Origin: Phoronis australis | Taxonomy: Eukaryota > Animalia > Phoronida | NCBI GenBank assembly: GCA_002633005.1 | Contig: NMRA01000962.1 | Coordinates: 23,789-87,788 of the forward strand | Direction: 5' to 3' | DNA: 64,000 nucleotides | In this document: positions 63,301-64,000 of the stretch, one piece after another | Position numbering within the stretch: position 1 is the stretch's first letter | How the letters are laid out: every line of letters starts with the position of its first letter | Made by a program: the position numbers and the translations under genes | Notes under the pieces: generated by a model | Seen by the model: the letters and a program-made list of their open reading frames with translations, nothing else | The model's database searches: none | Told to the model about the DNA's origin: nothing

Positions 63301-64000
63301 AGAAAAAAAACTTGACATTGAACTGTTGGGTTTTCGTCAATCGTTACAAGACCCCGCACAACTTTGCCCTACCTCAAAAAACCGAGAATTTTATGGAGAT
63401 CCCGCTTCCTCAATTCACATGTCTATTGTCGGAAAACTAACAGTTGAAAATCGACGCCACTCCGTTCCTAGGTCCTCTGGCCCTACTTCAGTAGAGGAAA
63501 AGAAAAAAATGACTTTCAACGGTTGGGTTTTTTTCAATCGGCGCAAAACCCCGCACGACTTTGCCCTTCCTCGGAAAAATCTTACATTTTATGGAGATTC
63601 CGCCTCCTCAATTGAAACGTCTATTGTAGGAAATCTAACCGTTGAAAATCGATGCCCCTCCGTTCTTAGGTGCTCTGGCACTCCCCCAGTAAAGGAATGA
63701 AAAAATTGACTTTTAGCAGTCGGGTTTTCGTCAATCGACGCAAAACCCCGCACGACTTTACTCTACCCCGAAAAAACGAGAACTTTTACGGAGATTCCGC
63801 CTCCTCATTTCAAACGTCCATTGCCGTAAAACTAACCTTTGAAAGTAGATGCCCCTCCGTTCCTAGGTCCTCTGGCCCTTCCTAAGTAAAAGAAATGAAA
63901 TATATCCGACTTTCAACTTTTATGTTTTCGTCAATCAACGAAAAACCGCGCACGGCTTTGCCCTACCTCGAAAAACCGAGAATCTTACGGAGATTCTGCC
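60388..64000. repeat. Satellite DNA, ~198-bp monomer, with orientation switch at ~62272
   Basis: CCGGCAATAGAC anchor at ~60412, 60610, 60808...62188; reverse-orientation anchor GGTCCT at ~62273, 62472, 62670...63865; monomers diverged; runs off window end. Confidence 0.95.

Noticed and set aside
60571-63885. Many overlapping 60-210 aa ORFs
   Set aside because: Translations of satellite monomers; frames and stops are not conserved between units

Overview
AT-rich eukaryotic (metazoan, probably aquatic invertebrate) genomic DNA, not prokaryotic. I found no intact long host CDS, rRNA, clear tRNA or CRISPR array; most ORFs in the supplied track are spurious. The window is dominated by decayed transposons. 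Retroelements: a Penelope-like (Naiad-type) element with an inverted pseudo-LTR inside a (TA)n microsatellite, a CR1/L2-type LINE fragment, a HERO-type RLE non-LTR element whose 3' UTR carries hammerhead core motifs in a non-standard order, and a Gypsy integrase plus 3' LTR. DNA transposons: an ISL2EU-like element (THAP and SWIM/YqaJ remnants, AT TSD), a 4.7-kb TTAA-flanked Sola3-like element, two Kolobok-like THAP elements and several MITEs. There are also palindromic minisatellites, long diverged inverted repeats, and a ~198-bp satellite array (60.4-64 kb) that switches orientation at ~62272. A few host-like exon or pseudogene fragments are present (trypsin-like, RING-like, TM-containing). 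Single-N joins at 5019, 46900, 51953 and 53554 indicate a fragmented assembly with some artefactual duplication. All family calls come from reading motifs by eye; no database searches were run and identities are visual estimates.
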